64,000 nucleotides of DNA. Origin: Vicugna vicugna. Taxonomy: Eukaryota. The notes under the pieces are model-generated. The model searched no databases and was not told where the DNA came from. It worked only from the letters and a program-made list of their open reading frames with translations. Of the stretch, positions 1 through 14,369 are shown one piece after another (position 1 is the first letter of the stretch; every line of letters starts with the position of its first letter). The stretch covers positions 5,046,854 to 5,110,853 of the forward strand of contig MU058213.1 of assembly GCA_013265495.1 (NCBI GenBank), in the 5' to 3' direction. The position numbers were made by a program, and so were the translations under genes.

Positions 1-2676
1 TGAAAGGAAAACGAATCTCCCCTTTTCCGATTTTTAACTTCTTATTTCCAAGGCAGGACTCGACAGTAACTCAGGAAGAGAGGTTTGTTGTCATTGTTGT
101 TGTTTTGTTTGTTTTGGGTGGAGGGCTTTAATATCAGTACGCATCTAGGCAAATGCATATGTTCCTGATTTAACCGTGTACCTGAGCTTCAAAATAGCAA
201 GAATTCCTGTTTACATCAAAGGTGGTTTTAAAGAACCGAAAGTCGAACTATAACTTAAAACAATCTATAATCTTACTAGTCAATAATTTATTGGCAGAAT
301 TCCATAGTAACGTGCAATTTTATGAGAGTAATAATAATTACCATATGTGTCAGACGCTGTGCCAGGAGGCCTTCAATTCCTTGTCTGACTTAGTCTTCGT
401 GACAACCTTTGTGACAAAGGTATGACTTTTTTTCATTTTGAAATGGAGGAAATGGAGGCTCGGACCAGTCGCTAGAATGCGGGGCTCCAGCCCAGGTCGC
501 CCTCCTTGGAAATCTGCCACGTCTGAGCTGCTGAAGGAGCTGGCGGAGATGCGGTCACCCTGAGCTGTTGAGAGCATCTTAGGCTGAGAAGAATGCCACT
601 TGCTTTCTTCTGAAGTGGGTCCCAGTGTGGCGGTGGGGGAGGGGCGCACTCTCCTTAAGACCTGGCAGTTTAGTCTCACCTTCCCAGGCTCATCAGGATG
701 GCATCTGTCCTGGATTGAACGTCCTTCCCCCGGAGTCTGCCCACTGCCTTGCTCCGACCGGCTAACAAACTCCTGATAATCTGGAAATGTTCCGAGAAGT
801 GTTATGGAGGGAAGTGGGGCTTTGACTTTGGACAAATGCTCCGTGTTAGATGGGCTCTGGTTGACATACTTGTGACAGGCAAGGGCAGGCCAGAGGTTTG
901 GGCTCCAGGCAGGTGGGGAGACCAGACTTAGCTTCTGACTGCACTTCTCGTGGCAGGGGAGGCTGCCTTGTTGCTCTCCTGGGCATACTGTTCATCAAGG
1001 GGCCCGTGGAGCCCCCACCCTCTGGGACCTTTCCTCACATCCAGGCAAGATAGCTCATTCTGGAGGGTGTTGCAGGAGCTGAGTTTGGGTACCAGCACCT
1101 GAGCTGCAAGTTTTGTTTATGTAAGAGAAAATATTCCCACGCTATTCAAGCCCACACTGATCTCGAAGGTAAGGCTGGGCTTAAGCCAACAGGGATCTGA
1201 AATGAGAGCAGTTGTGGTGAAAAGCCCATGAAATACAGCACTCGCGGGTAGCCACGCTCTGCAGGCTACAATTTATGCTGTTTTCTGCTTCTAGAATTTA
1301 TCCCCAACTTTCAGTTTTTAGGAGGCTTCCACTTGGAGAGTGAAATATCTGAATTCTGGAAAATCTAACTTCTCCTCGTTGCGTGGCTCAGTCTAACCTG
1401 TCTTTACAACCCCACTTAGACGTGCCTCTCCAGGATGCCTTCCTTGACGCCCAGCTCTGGTTTAGTCCCCGACTACGAGCTTCCACAGTGACCTGTGCTG
1501 TCCCTTAGACGTCTGAATCATGACTGTCTGTTTCACCTCTGCCTCCTCCCCTGAGGGAGGGCACCGCGTCCGGCTTCCATTTTTGCAGTGTATCACTACA
1601 ACACTGCATATGGAATGATGAGGGTCATTACACAGACCCAGGAAACCACTCCAGTTGCCCTGAGGTGGGTAAGTTCATGTCAAAAAAATTTTATATAGCC
1701 TTCACCAAGGAACAGATTTACTTTTGGGATGTTTATAGATTCATGATACCATGGAATTTGTACTGATGCGGGCTCTTCTTCCCTGAAGTTATACTTTCTA
1801 CACTTAAAAGTTTATTGGCCTCTCCTCTCACAGCATTAGAATCTTCAGTATCTGACTTTCTTTGGTGAAAGTGTGCTGGGTCTTCTTGAGCAGGAGATCC
1901 ATTAAATAACCGCAGTGAACATACCTAACCATCAAAATGTGGTTTTTCTGAAGCACAGCCCTTTTATTTGGCGGAATCTTCACCGTGGTCTCATCAGTCG
2001 AATGACTTCTCATTAATTGGTTATGACCAAGCTCAGTTCATAGAGGCACTGGTCATGTTTCAGGGCTCAGACCACAAAAGACAGTGTGAATCTAAGTCCC
2101 AGTCAGGGTTCCTTTCCCATTGGTAACAAAAGGTCCCCTTTGTTTCAGAATCCACCCATGTATTTATCACCCCAGGGTGTGGATGGCTACGTGGGGACCA
2201 CACAGGAGCGGAGGATGAAGGGATGGGCTAAAGTCAAGAGTCCTCCCAAGTTACAGGTTGGAGGACCGGGACAGGAGACACAGCCAAGCGTGAGAAGGAG
2301 GGTCTCAGGCTGCTGTGAGAACTTAGCGCATCACGCTGGCCCCCAGAATGCAGCGTTATACGATCTCTGCAGGGCCTCCCAGCTCATACATCCCGCAGCT
2401 TTAGCTGTAATCAGTCTTTGAACACAGTGAAAAGAGGGAACCAAGATTTGGAGTCTGTCACCCAGCTCTTTTGTTGGCCCCCTATTAGTGTGACAATAAG
2501 GCGGATCCCCAGAGAACAGGCTCTGTTTTCCCTCTGTATTTATTTACATGTCTGTACTGGAGAAGGGGACCTCTCAGTCTTTTTTTAAACCTCTATGAAG
2601 CATTTTTACTTAACATAGAGCATTAATTTTTCCTGTTACAAAGTTCTGAAATATGTATTCTTAATACATAAAACAG

Positions 2677-2915
2677 GGTGGGAAGGGATAAACTGGGAGT
2701 TCGAGATTTGCAGATACTGACTGGTATGTGTAAAACAGATAAACAAGTTTATACTGTACAGCACAGGGAAATACATTCAATACCTTGTAGAAGCTCATGG
2801 TGAAAAAGAATAAGAAAATGAATATACGTATATTCATGTATGACTGAAGAATCGTGCTGTACACCAGAAACTGACACAACACTGTAAACTGACTATACCT
2901 CAACAACAACAACAA
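2677..2915 (+). mobile_element. 5'-truncated lineage-specific L1 (3' UTR only) with (CAA)n/A tail
   Basis: Colinear with the L1 3' UTR at ~55905-56149. Perfect 14-bp TSD aatacataaaacag at 2663-2676 and 2916-2929, preceded by TT (L1 endonuclease-like TT/AA site). Confidence 0.92.
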
Positions 2916-4440
2916 AATACATAAAACAGTAAAATCTACCAACAGTACAACCAGAGGAAACTACTATTATCTTCTTACATTTTCACACTTTCCCTATGCG
3001 AATACATATATGAGTAAGTGTTTGGAATATAAAACCTGAAACTAAGTGTCCTTGTTTTGTTTGTGTGATTTTGAAATTTGCTGTTTTTACTCAAATGCAT
3101 TGCAGTTATCTTTTCATTTCAATAAAGGAAGATCTACCACACATTTTAATGGCTGGATAGTAGCATGAGTGATTTATCCAATCCCCTCCTATGTCTAAAC
3201 CTCCCAGAATATTTTGCTATAACAAACAACACTGTGACACATGTTCTCAGTAACTCATCCAGAGGCCTCAGATCTGGGCTTGTAGAAATGGCTGTGGCCG
3301 ATGAAGACAGGGCAGGAAATGGAGCTGGGGAGCTGGACCATCCCCATGACCTCAGATACCATCTGTGGGCCTTGAGGAACCAGGTCTGAGACCAGACTGA
3401 GTCTGAGTTACTGTCGGAGACGCCCTGATCAGTGTTTGAACTGCTCTTACCTCCAGTGATTCCTGAGAGTGGGATGGCCTAGAACTGGGGCATATTTCCG
3501 GGTACTGTGTGTTTCCATTGGGCGGAACCCACAGCAGCTTCTAAAGAAGCTTATTATGGTTGTCCCTCGAAAGTCCCTTACACTGCAGCATAATGGTTAC
3601 TTCGAGCCTCTTGTTCAGCCTGAAGTAGCCACAGGGAGTGAGGGGTGTGGAGGGAGGGGGCACTCAGAGACTTCAGAGGCTTGGCCTCTAAAGGAGAAAC
3701 TGCTGCTGGTGGGTGGTGCCAAACAGACTAAGGAAAGGAAACAGGCATTTGTGGGATGTTCTGGCAGGTTCACGCCCATCGTCTTATTGAGTTCTCCCAT
3801 CAACCCTTGTTGACACTGTTTATGAATGAGGACGTACAAGTGAGAGACATTGGGTCACTTTTCCAAGTTCAGCTCATGGTGGCAGAGCTGAGATTTATTT
3901 TGATCCGTGCTTTCCTGGCGCTTTCTATCAGCCAGGCCAAGAGGTTTGCGAATTGCCCACAACTACACTGAAGAGGAAACTAATTAACATCAATTTTGAC
4001 AGTGACAAGTTACTAATAACATGTGTGAGAAAGCTGAACATGATGACAACAGTGTGAGGCACTACATCAAGCTCTGTCCCATGTGGTTGGACCTTGACTT
4101 CCAAGCTGCTACTCTGCCTTTAGACCAAAAATCTTACTGCGGTTTTCAGTGGTGTGGCCAGAGGATGTGGCAGGGCTGGCACCTGGCTCCCGTGGGGCTC
4201 TTCCCCTCTTTGTGCTCAGCGACCTCACAGCTACCGCATCTCCTCTAAGCTGGGCCTGGGAAGCGCTGGGAGAGCACGCAACTGCTAGAATGTTCAGGCT
4301 GTCACTAGTCCATCTTCTGATGTGGCTGATGGTCACTCTATAGCCAGCTGTGAAGGCTACACGGTCCCTGAAGGTGGGCTGCCCTGTAGGCAAGGGGCTT
4401 CAGCTGTGGTGCCCGTCATCTCTACTCTGTTTCCCTAGCC

Positions 4441-4651
4441 CAGGGGCCAGCAACGTTTTGTTGGTTTTGTTTTTGGGGTACCAGGCCAGATAATAAATGA
4501 CTTGGCTCTGTGAACCGTCTGTCTCTGCCCTGATGACTCAGCTCGGATGACGCACTATGAAAGCAGCCATAGACAACACGTCAGCAAGCGAGCACGGCTG
4601 TGTTTCAGTAGGACTTTCCTGAGCCCGTGGGCTGTGGTTTCCCAACCCTTG
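4441..4651 (-). mobile_element. MER58A-like hAT-Charlie MITE
   Basis: Ends cagggg...aacccttg. 8-bp TSD ccctagcc (4433-4440) / ccttagcc (4652-4659). Reverse-complement similarity to the copy at 20578-20788. Confidence 0.8.
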
Positions 4652-5237
4652 CCTTAGCCCAGCAAGTTCACCAAAGCCCAAACCTTCTTTCCCATCTTCA
4701 AGATACTTGCATTTTGAACTATGTTGCTGGCCGCTAGGCACAAAAGGTATATATGTGGAAGGCCACTAAGCACTTTTTCCCTTCCTATCAGTGACTAGAA
4801 GTTAGATTCCACCAAATTGTCATGTGACTGAACATGGAGCCTGTTTCTTTGCAATATCTTTTCATTGGTGGCTGTTCAAGTCTGATGGTCACAGGTGTCC
4901 TGAAAAGTGACCCTCTTAGCTAAAGGAACAAGCCCATCACATGCTACTGACACAGTGGTCTGGACTTGGGGCCAGATAACTCCACGTGGAGGGAAACCCA
5001 CCAGCTTCAATATCCCATTTTGTTCCTCCAGTTGTTTCTAGTTAGACACACAGCAAAGCTGAGCATCACTCATTCCCAGAGTGTCTATTTCCTCAAAGAG
5101 TGGAAAGGGCTTTGGACTATGACACAGGAGCCTTGGGTTTTAGCCTTGGCTCTGTCTCCGCCCAGCTGCCTTCTCTCGGGCAGACTACTTCCCGTTCTGG
5201 GCTCAGTTTTCTATTCTGTCAAAAATCATCTTTACTA

Positions 5238-6500
5238 CATGTTCAAGAATGAAGCTGGACCCTTACCTAATACCCTCTACAAAGATTAACTTGGAATGGA
5301 TCAAAAATTTAAGAGAGTAAACTATAAAACTCTTAGAAGAAAACAGGAAAAATGCTTTTTAACATTGAATTTGGCAATGATCTCTTGGATATGACACCAA
5401 AAACATATGCAACAAAAGAATAAATAAATTGAACTTCATCAAAATAAATTTTCCTTTGATGCACAGAACTTCTTAACAGGGTGAAGAGGCAACCCATGAA
5501 ATGGGAAAAATTACTTGCAAACCATGTGACTGATGAGCAGTTAAGATCCAGAATATATAAAGAACTCCTACAACTCAATAACAAAACCTCTAAAAATCTA
5601 ATTAAAAAGTGGGTCATTATCCAAGGATTTGGGTAGATAGTTCTCCAAAGAACATATACAAATGGCCAAAAAATACAAGAAAAGATGCTCAAAATCACTA
5701 ATCAGAGAAATGCAAATCAAGAGCACCATGAGACACCTACTTCACACCCATTAGAATGGCTACCATTAAAAAAAAAAAGAGTAACAAGTGTTGGTGAGGT
5801 TGTGGAGAAATTGGAACGCTTAGACACTGTTGATAGGGATGAAAAATGGTGCAGCTACTTTTCAAAACACTATGATTGTTCCTCAAAAAAAAAATTAAAC
5901 ATAGAATTACCATATGACCCAGCAAATCCATTTGTGGATATATACCCTAAAGGATTGAAAGCAGGCTCCTGCAGAGATATCTATATACCCACATACACAG
6001 CAACATTATTCATGATAGCCCAAACGTAGAAACAACCCAAATATCCATTGATGGATGAATGGATACACAAAATGGGATATATATACTTACAATGGAGTAT
6101 GATTCAACCTTATAAAGAAAAAGGAAATTCTGACACATGCTACAACATGGATGAAGCGGAGGACATTGTGCTAGTTGAAATAAGCAAGTCACAAAAAGGC
6201 AAATACTGTATGATACGACTTATATCAGGTACCTAAAGTAGTCAAATTCACAGAGACAGAAAATCGAATGGTGGTTTCCAGAGGTTGGGGGGAGGAGGAA
6301 ATGGGGAATTATTTAATGGACGTACAGTTTTAGTTTTGCAAGATGAAAAAAGTTTTGGAGATGTATGGTGGTGAGGGTTGCAAAATACTGTGAAAGTTCT
6401 TAATACCACTGAACTGTACACTTAAAGATGGTTAAGAGGGTAAGCTGTATGTTGTGTATTTAACCATAATTAAACATTTTTTTAAAAGCCAAAAAAAAAA
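5238..6500 (+). mobile_element. Old L1 (L1MB-like), 3' part of ORF2 plus 3' UTR, degenerate
   Basis: Frameshifted ORF2 C-terminal motifs (LNIELPYDPANP, DEWIHKM) in ORFs 5685-6029 and 6048-6236, an L1MB-type 3' UTR (accactgaactgtacacttaaa) and an A-rich end. Confidence 0.9.
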
Positions 6501-6689
6501 CCCAAAACCCTCATCTGGAGATGACTGTGACTGTCCCTTCTGATCTGAAGCTCTGTATTTCACTGTGCCGTAGGAAGGCATCTGGGAGGATACAGGCACC
6601 AGCATAAAGCAGGGGTCTGCCCCTCCACTCTCCCTATAGTCCGCCCCATCTCTTCAAAAAGACAACTTATTTTCAAATACTTGGTCTCA

Positions 6690-6830
6690 TCCAAGCCTTA
6701 CAACAGTGCTGCCAAATTGGCACGGTTGTATTACGTGCCCATGTTACAGAGGGAGAAACTGAGGCTCAGGTGTTTCATGGATGTGTCCAGGGCACTGAGT
6801 TAACACATGGACATGCAGGGCTGAGTGAAG
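6690..6830 (-). mobile_element. MIR SINE fragment
   Basis: MIR core cccatgttacagagggagaaactgaggctcag; boundaries approximate. Confidence 0.65.
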
Positions 6831-7384
6831 CTCTCCCCACTACACTGCTTGGAAGCCTCAAGGGGTGGCGGGCGCTTTCGAAGCTCTTGTTGACACCATA
6901 TTCAGCATCGTGTCTGGGAGGGGAACCCTGCTGGCAGCTTTAGTTTTTTCCACAAGCACCTCGACCCTTTCCTGATTAAGTGATTTCTTTCTCCTTAAAG
7001 AACTTGAAGTCTTTAGGCCTCTTGCAAAGTGGTTGGAGAAAGGGGAAGGAAATGAAAATTTACTGAGCACCTACCATAGGCCATTTTTCCTGCATAGTAA
7101 CCCTCGTAGAGAAGCTGTAACATTTCCTTTTCAAGAGATGAGGAAGATGTGGTCCTAGGGTGGCAGGATCACTTGGCCAGGGAGTGAGATTAGGCTGCAG
7201 TGATGGATGGCGAGTTAGTCACCCCGTGTCTGTCACTTTTTCCAGAAATGGGGGGCCTGGTGTTAAAATGCTCCATGCACTGATGCTAAAAAGCTGAGTG
7301 GAAAAGCCAAACAAGCAGAATTTCTCTCCAGATGGATCAGGCAGACTGCTCGCTTCAGTAAACTCTCTCGGTTGGGAAACACCC

Positions 7385-7860
7385 CCTAAGCTGTTGGTAA
7401 GTGCCAGGTATTGTGCGAAGCACTGAGATGCAGCAGGAAACAGGCAGGGCGGGGTCGGGGAGGCCCGTCCTCCAGTTCCACGTGGGAGGCAGGAACTCCA
7501 CACAGAAACCAGTGCACAGACACGGTGTTTCAAGTTGTGATAAGTTTAGCGAGGGAAACAAACAGTGTGATATTCGACAGAGTAACTTGGGGAAGAGAAT
7601 TAAGTCTGAGTTGCGACCTCAAGGGAGAGAAAGAGACTCAGGTGAAAAGCAAAGGGGAGAAGGCACCAGGCAGGGGACAGAACTTGCAGGTGGCCTCCTG
7701 CTGCACCGAGCTTTGCGAGGGCAAGGTGCACATGAGCGAGGGCCTGGGTGGAGAGCAGAGCAGTGACTGGCTCCAGGGGAGCTTGAGGGCCATGGTCCCA
7801 AGTTTGCATTTTATATTCTGGAAGCAATGGGAATTTGGCAAGAGTTTTAAGACCATGTAG
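7385..7860 (-). mobile_element. L2 LINE 3' fragment
   Basis: gtgccaggtattgtgcgaagcactgag and ttttatattctggaagcaatgggaa...gagttttaag resemble the antisense L2 3' region; boundaries approximate. Confidence 0.55.
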
Positions 7861-9479
7861 GGGAGGGTGGCTCCAATACGGAGGCCACCAGTGTTCCAAA
7901 CCCCACAGAGGAGGCTGGGGACAGTTCCCCCTTAGCTGCTCCGTGTGTCTCTGTGTAGCCAGACTGTCACCTCCACAAAACCTTCCTACTACCCATATGG
8001 AAAATATCTCGCCAACATATTTTAGGAGTTATAGGATGCACACATTTTTCAGCGTATCTTTTAGGGACCATAAACCTTCAGTTTTATGATGACTTAATAT
8101 TGATGTTGAGCCATGAATAGAGCTGGGACAGTGTGATTAAAAAAGTAGCAATTTCATGCCAAACAGGCAATATTTTCTCCCCTTCCTTCTCTCCCTTCCT
8201 TTGTCTTGCAAGTGTGCTTAAATCTAATGCCTGCAGCAAAGGAGCTGGCTCTCCCTTGGATACCAGCAGCTTCCATATGTCCTTTGGAGCCCATGTCCTG
8301 AAATCAGGGACAGACCTCAATTTAACAATGGCCTTGACCTCTAGTAAGGCACCTCTCCTTGGAGGGAACACAGCCATTGTAGATGCCTTGCAGAGTGCCC
8401 TGGATAGGCAAAAAAATTGCAAAAACAGCCAACAAGTACTCATCACCCCTTCCCCCACTCCCCAGCAACTCTCCAGAACATAATATTTATAGGGCCAGCC
8501 ACAGGAAGGCAGGAAGGCCCATGGTGCAAGAACTTGGGGAGAGAAAAGATGATGAAAAATAACTTCCAGAAGAAATGAACTCACATTTTGAATAGCAATG
8601 GTATTTAAAAGAAAAACACAGCCCAAATCCCAAACATCCCATCCAACAGGAAATCATCATCAGTGTGAAGAAATTCCAGGGAGCGCACCCTGGGACAGCT
8701 GAAGAATTGGCACAAGGACATCAATTGTGTTGAAAAGGAGCTAAGGGTGAATTGCCCAGTTCCCCAAACACTTGCAGGTGGGCTCAGTGTCCTGACACTC
8801 CCCTGACAGCCTGGGAGGCAGCGAAGTCAGTAGGGGGTGGGAGAAGCCTGATAAGGTGGTGTGGACATCTGTCACTTTTGCTACATGGTCTTCTGCAATC
8901 AGTAGATATGAATCCTACACACACTAGGTGCCGGCACCCTTCTAGGCACTGGGGATACATCACGAATTAAGACAGCTTGAGTTCCTGCCTTCACGCAGGG
9001 CCTACTCACTGCTCTGGGAACACTCTATTTCCTGATTGGGGAGTTTCCTGAGACTTTTGATCTAAGTGACCTGCCCTCCCTTGGCAGAGTAGCTTGAGAG
9101 TGACCCAATCTAGGTTCATCAAATGTGCTCTCCCTGAAACTTGCATCACACGAAGAGTGACAAAAATACTGGGGACAACACAGTTCGAGCCGATTTGTCC
9201 ATGTTCTACAAACTCCTACCGTGGCTGCCACCTGGAGTGCCAGAGCTACCGTATCACCCATCCTTTCAAAGCGGCCCTTTCAGCCTTCGCCTAGACGCTG
9301 TGAGCTGCTGAAGCCACCTAGTGAAAACCACCTCTGCTCAGGTTAGCCAGCATCCCTGTCTGCTACTTGCAATCAATGAACACTAACTATTAGAAGGTGG
9401 CCAAGAGGAAGGAGTTGGAGACAGATGATTGCTGTTGCAATTCACATCAAAACTCAGAACTGCCAAGTCTAAATCTATT

Positions 9480-10072
9480 ACCAGCAATATCTTGCTTCAC
9501 TACCTCAGAGCCTCTAGCCTAAATGATTGAAATAGCCCTCTTCCCATCTCCCTGCTTTCTCTTCAGAGTGACTTTATCTGAACATTTATCCCCACTTCTC
9601 CAGAACCATCAGTGTCCTTAGCGTGCTAGGCCAGGCTTGCCAAAATCTTGTCCCAACCTGCCCTCAACATCCTTACATATCCAGTGTGCAGAGTAACTAG
9701 TCACTCCCCAGTACTCTATGCAATGACTGGCCTCAGTGCCTTTGCTCAAGCTCTTCCCTCAACTTGGAATGCCTCTCTACATTATTGTGTTCTTTGTAAA
9801 TTCTGCTTCATCCTGAAAACCTCCACTGGAATGTTGTTTCTGGTCCGAAGCCATCATTGAATGTAGAGCAGAAATCAATCATGCCTCCCTCTGTGTTCCC
9901 ACAACCCCCACCTTGTACTGCTACTGTTTCCCTCTGTCTTGACCCTGAGTTAGCTGTATACATATCCATATGTCTCTCTAGACTTGCGATCATTGAGGAG
10001 AGCCTGTGTTTCTGGTCTCCCAAAGCTTGGTACAGTGCCAGGCTCAGACAACACAAATTTGTTGAATTAACT
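9480..10072 (+). mobile_element. L2 LINE 3' fragment
   Basis: gcctttgctcaagctcttccctcaacttggaatgcc and terminal acagtgccaggctcagacaacacaaatttgttgaat match the L2 3' end pattern. Confidence 0.65.
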
Positions 10073-10398
10073 TAATTGCTAGTCAGAGGCCTCTGAGTTA
10101 TCAGTTGAAATTGATCTGAACATGAAGAGTCAGTTTCTGACCACACACACAAAAACCGGTCCTCCCTACTCCCACGTCCTTCCTAGCTCTGACCTGGGGC
10201 TGTCATTTCAGTGCTCTGTGGCTCTCCTCATTTGGTGGCTGCTGCCTCCCCTTCCAGCCAGGCTATAAGCGTCTGGTTCACCATGGCATACCCAGTCCCT
10301 GGCACGATGCTTAGCACATGTCAGGAGTTAAGTAAATTATGGCTGAATGAAGAAACAAATGCACTTGATCCTTGTTTACACTGAGATGAATTCTGGTC

Positions 10399-10900
10399 CA
10401 GACCCACCCTTAACATTGGTGAGTCCACATGCAAGAGTAGAAAGAAATCCCACGTACCAAGTGCCTGAATATCTGAAAGCTTACAAAGTATGCTGAAAAG
10501 CTAATTTATAAAATATGTGTTACCCTTCTGCCTTAGCAAATATGCCTCTGTGACATCACTATATTCTGCCCTGGGAAGAGGTGGCACAGGAGACTGGCTT
10601 TCAGCCTGCAGTCCTCAGCCAGCTTGTTTCCCTCCCCATCCTAGCTGGGGCTCATACTTTGAGACCCACACATCCCAGAGATGTCCACACCACCCACAAA
10701 TTGCTGCCCTCGGCTAACCCTCTCCCCCACAGAGGCTGTTTCTAAACTGGGTCTTCTCTGGGGTTTGCACACTCATCATCAGCCCAGAAAGAGCTAGAAC
10801 AGTGGGGCACCTGGATGCGCCTGGGTGAGAGTGCAACCCAGTGTTCCACATCCGCAATCCCCTCCCAAGTCAGTGGTGGGACCCCTCCTTGGCCCACAGG
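10399..10900 (+). mobile_element. Old hAT-Tip100-type DNA transposon relic (MamTip2-like)
   Basis: Similar to 52570-53070 (cacgtaccaagtgcctgaatatctgaaagctt...aaaatatgtgttacccttctgcctt); family name recalled, ends approximate. Confidence 0.45.
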
Positions 10901-13900
10901 CATGCGTGGTCATGGAGAGCTAGAAGCTTCCGTCCCTTAATGTAATTTCTGCCATTAGGTAAGGGTGCTTCAGCTTCCCTTTGGATAGACCCAGGTGGGC
11001 AGAGGGCCCTGAGAGTGACCGTGACACTGCAGTTCTTTAAGCTGAGTAAAACCAGGGGCTGGTACTTTAAAGGAAGAAGGAGATTTTCTACACGAAGGCT
11101 TTCAAATGGGCTCCTGCAGACAGCTGTGGCCAAGCTTTTGAAATATTTCTAACCTCTGTTTTCCTGCTGTGAATTCTTTCGAGAAACAGCCTAGGAGCGA
11201 GGAGCTGTTTGCTATTCTGGGGCAGTGGGTGTGCAGATGAAAGGGCAGATGGGTTGGGGAGGAATAATTCCCCAAGCGACCATAAAATTTTTGATCTTTG
11301 GCCCCTGCTGTAAAGCGATTCTGGGAATGCCGGTCAGACAGGAGAGCCAGGCTCTGTGGACCCAGGACTTTCTGTGACCTCCGTCTGGGCACCTGGGACA
11401 CAGTCTTTGTCAACCAGGGCACTGAGATGGGGACTCTCACAGATCCTGGAGGCTCCAGAGGCCTGTTGGAAATCAGAAGACTCTCAGGCCAGATGGCATG
11501 GAGGACTGGAGAGGTCTAATGAAATTGGTGGGAGCCCAGTGTAGGTAGTTGATTCAAAAGAGAAGATATTCCACCAAGATAATGAAATTTTGCCTGTGAA
11601 TGTATTTTGGTTGATGGTCCAATTCTCTCAGGCTTAGCTGAGCCAAGGATCTGTGGCTTTGGAGCAGAGAACTTAGCTAAGAGTCAGGCCACCTGGAGCT
11701 AGCCCTAGAATCCGCCACCACCTGGCTGGGGGACTGGCCAAATGACTTGCTCTCTCTGCCTTAGACTTCCTTTGCAGCTCGGAGATGTGGGGTTACCATC
11801 TCAGGACTGGCTGGAGTCCGAGAGGGCAGCCTTGGAAGCATCTTTATGTATTCCTTCCATTGAGCTGACTTCCCACTTTCCCGCTTTTTTCAGACGACAG
11901 GATTGTTTAACATGGTTTGAGAGTTTGAGCTTTGGAGTCACATTAGAAGGAAGGAAGAAGGGCTAAGTTTGGTTCCTTGCTCTGCCACATGAGACCTGGA
12001 GCCTCAGTTTCCTCTCTGGTCAAGTGTGGGTAATAATATTCACCACAGAAGTCTGTTATGAGGATTCACTGCAACACATGCATTTTCATCTGTCAAGTGC
12101 GACGTATAATGACCACACCATTAGATATTAGAACTGACAGTTGTAGGAAATGATAACAGACAGTGAATGTGGAAATTGAGGTGGATGCCAGTCAGGCTGA
12201 AAATACGGTAACCATCCCCTCGAAAGCAATGCCATTTCTGTGATGACTAACCAGCCAGCCCAGAAAAGGGCTCCCAACTACATCTCAACATGGACATCAG
12301 TTCTTTGCATTTATTTTCTTGCCCTCAATTTTTTTTGGAAAAAAAGGTGAATCGGAAATTACAGTCCCTCAGTAAATATTAAATCATCTGAGCTTTATCT
12401 ACAATATAGTAAATCCACCCACTGATTCTCATTGTATACAAGGAAGATGTTGAGATTCACCCTGATTAGCAATATCCTCAACCATGAAGGAAATACTCAG
12501 GCTTATTTCACAAAACTTATATTCTAAGGCAAGACATTTAGCAGTGTCATTATTCTAAGTGAGCTATGTGCAAATCTTCTGTCCTTCACTCTGTGGCCTT
12601 ACGTCTTTCTGCTGCCCCACTGCCGTGGGTAGCACAGTAGTTATGATGTGCTAGAGGTGGGACTGCTTCAAGAACAAGATACAGGTCTTGCCCTCAAGAA
12701 GGTTTTAGCCTAGTGATGTCAACAGACAAATAACAGGCAGTTACAACAGTAGTGATTACTCACATAGGAACTGCTTCGCTGCTTTCTGATAGTCATTGAA
12801 AGGAAATTCTTTGAGCCAGCTATGAAATAACTCAGCAGTCAGTTGGGCCATATTCAGACTAGCAGGGGAAAAGTCACACTGAGCTCATATTCTGTGCCCG
12901 TGTGAGTGTTTTGCACATAGCACTGAGACACCAGCCCCGACCCCCATGCGAAGGGGCAGGCAGTGCATGCCCGTTTTGCAGCAGAAGTAACTGAGACAGA
13001 GCAGCTGGGTGGTGAGCACAGGGTCTTATTATGATCAAAGGAGAGTCTGTCTCTCACCCAAATCTTGCTCTTTCAACAGCACCACTTACACTTGAGCAAT
13101 GTGCCCAAGTATATGAAACAACTTGCACTCACCCCTTCAACGCCGCTGGGAGTTCCTGAGGTCGAGAGTGAGGATGTTTCACTCAAGGTGGGTCCAAGTC
13201 CCAGGCAGGGTCTGACAGCCACGCTCAGGCTTTTTTCAAAATGAGCCAACAGTGCTACCTTCCAAGCATCTGCTAAGATAAAGAGAATGTCCTGTGGGTC
13301 TTGGCAGTAGTGACAAGAGGTTAATGGCACAGTTGGCTTCAACATTCCTGCTCTGAGTTGCAAGCACATCTACCTGTACATCTATGTGAGTTTGAACAAA
13401 TTTCTCATCTGTAAAGTGGGAATAATACCTACCTTATAGGACAACATATTAAATCAGATCATGTCTAAAGAGTGCTTCTTAAGCATAAGCCCTGGCAGTG
13501 ACTATTAACTCTCTCTTTGTATTCTTCGGACATTTCCAAAGGGAGTGTAATGTCAGGGGATTGTTTGGAAAAACTCAGTGCAAGGTGGACTTAAACATTA
13601 GGTAGGTTAACTCTGAAGGGTTCTGTACATCACACCAATAGGCCTATGCATGCATGTATCTTTTGGAAGTTTTGGGACCCCTGCAGGCCATCTCTAGGTT
13701 TTTTTAGTTTGTATCTCGTAGTACCTAACAGAACAGTAAGGTGCTACTAGTAACTGAAAGGTTAAGAGTTTGCAGTACTAATAACGCACTTTACTGGAAG
13801 TGCAAGCCATACACTGTCCCCTTCTCCCCACCCCAGCATCACAGTTTATTAGAAGTCCCAGTTCTTTAGTGCCTTACGACACTGCCAAGATGATGATCTG

Positions 13901-14369
13901 GCCGTGTAGCCAAGGGGCTATCCTTTGAGTGTGAAATGATTTCTTCACTGTTTCTGTTTGCACTAGATCCTCACCCAGAACAAGCCAATAACCCAAGTCC
14001 AGAAGGATCCTTGCAGACGTTGACTTCCCTAATTCCTCCAGCCAGTTCTGGTCTCAGTGGCTCTTCCCACCAGAGCTGTGCCTGGGCTGTCCGCGGACTA
14101 AAGAGGGACTTCCCTCTTGCCCATCAGTTCCGAGACATCTGGGATGCCACTAGAGAGACAGAGAATTAAAAGCATGCCTCGGATGCAAACGTGTCCAGTC
14201 AGTTGTTCTGCATTTGAAGGAGTAAACAAAGTAGGTTTGGTTGTTTTTGTTGTTCGGTAAAATCAAGTTTTCAATCTTATGCGCTCCCATCATCTTTTCA
14301 TCCCCTCTCCCTTGACATACATCCTTTGTTTTTAGAGGGTAGCATGTCCAAAGGGAAGTTATACTACGT

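Noticed and set aside
350..835. 161-aa minus-strand ORF
   Set aside because: No recognisable domain; its distal part runs through MIR-like sequence; no splice or codon support.
8084..8626. 180-aa minus-strand ORF, the longest gap-free ORF
   Set aside because: No recognisable homology, non-ATG start, and composition typical of chance ORFs.
13710..13810. Short hairpins suggesting a snoRNA or miRNA
   Set aside because: Stems are short, the first overlaps an L2-like 3' end, and no convincing box motifs are present.
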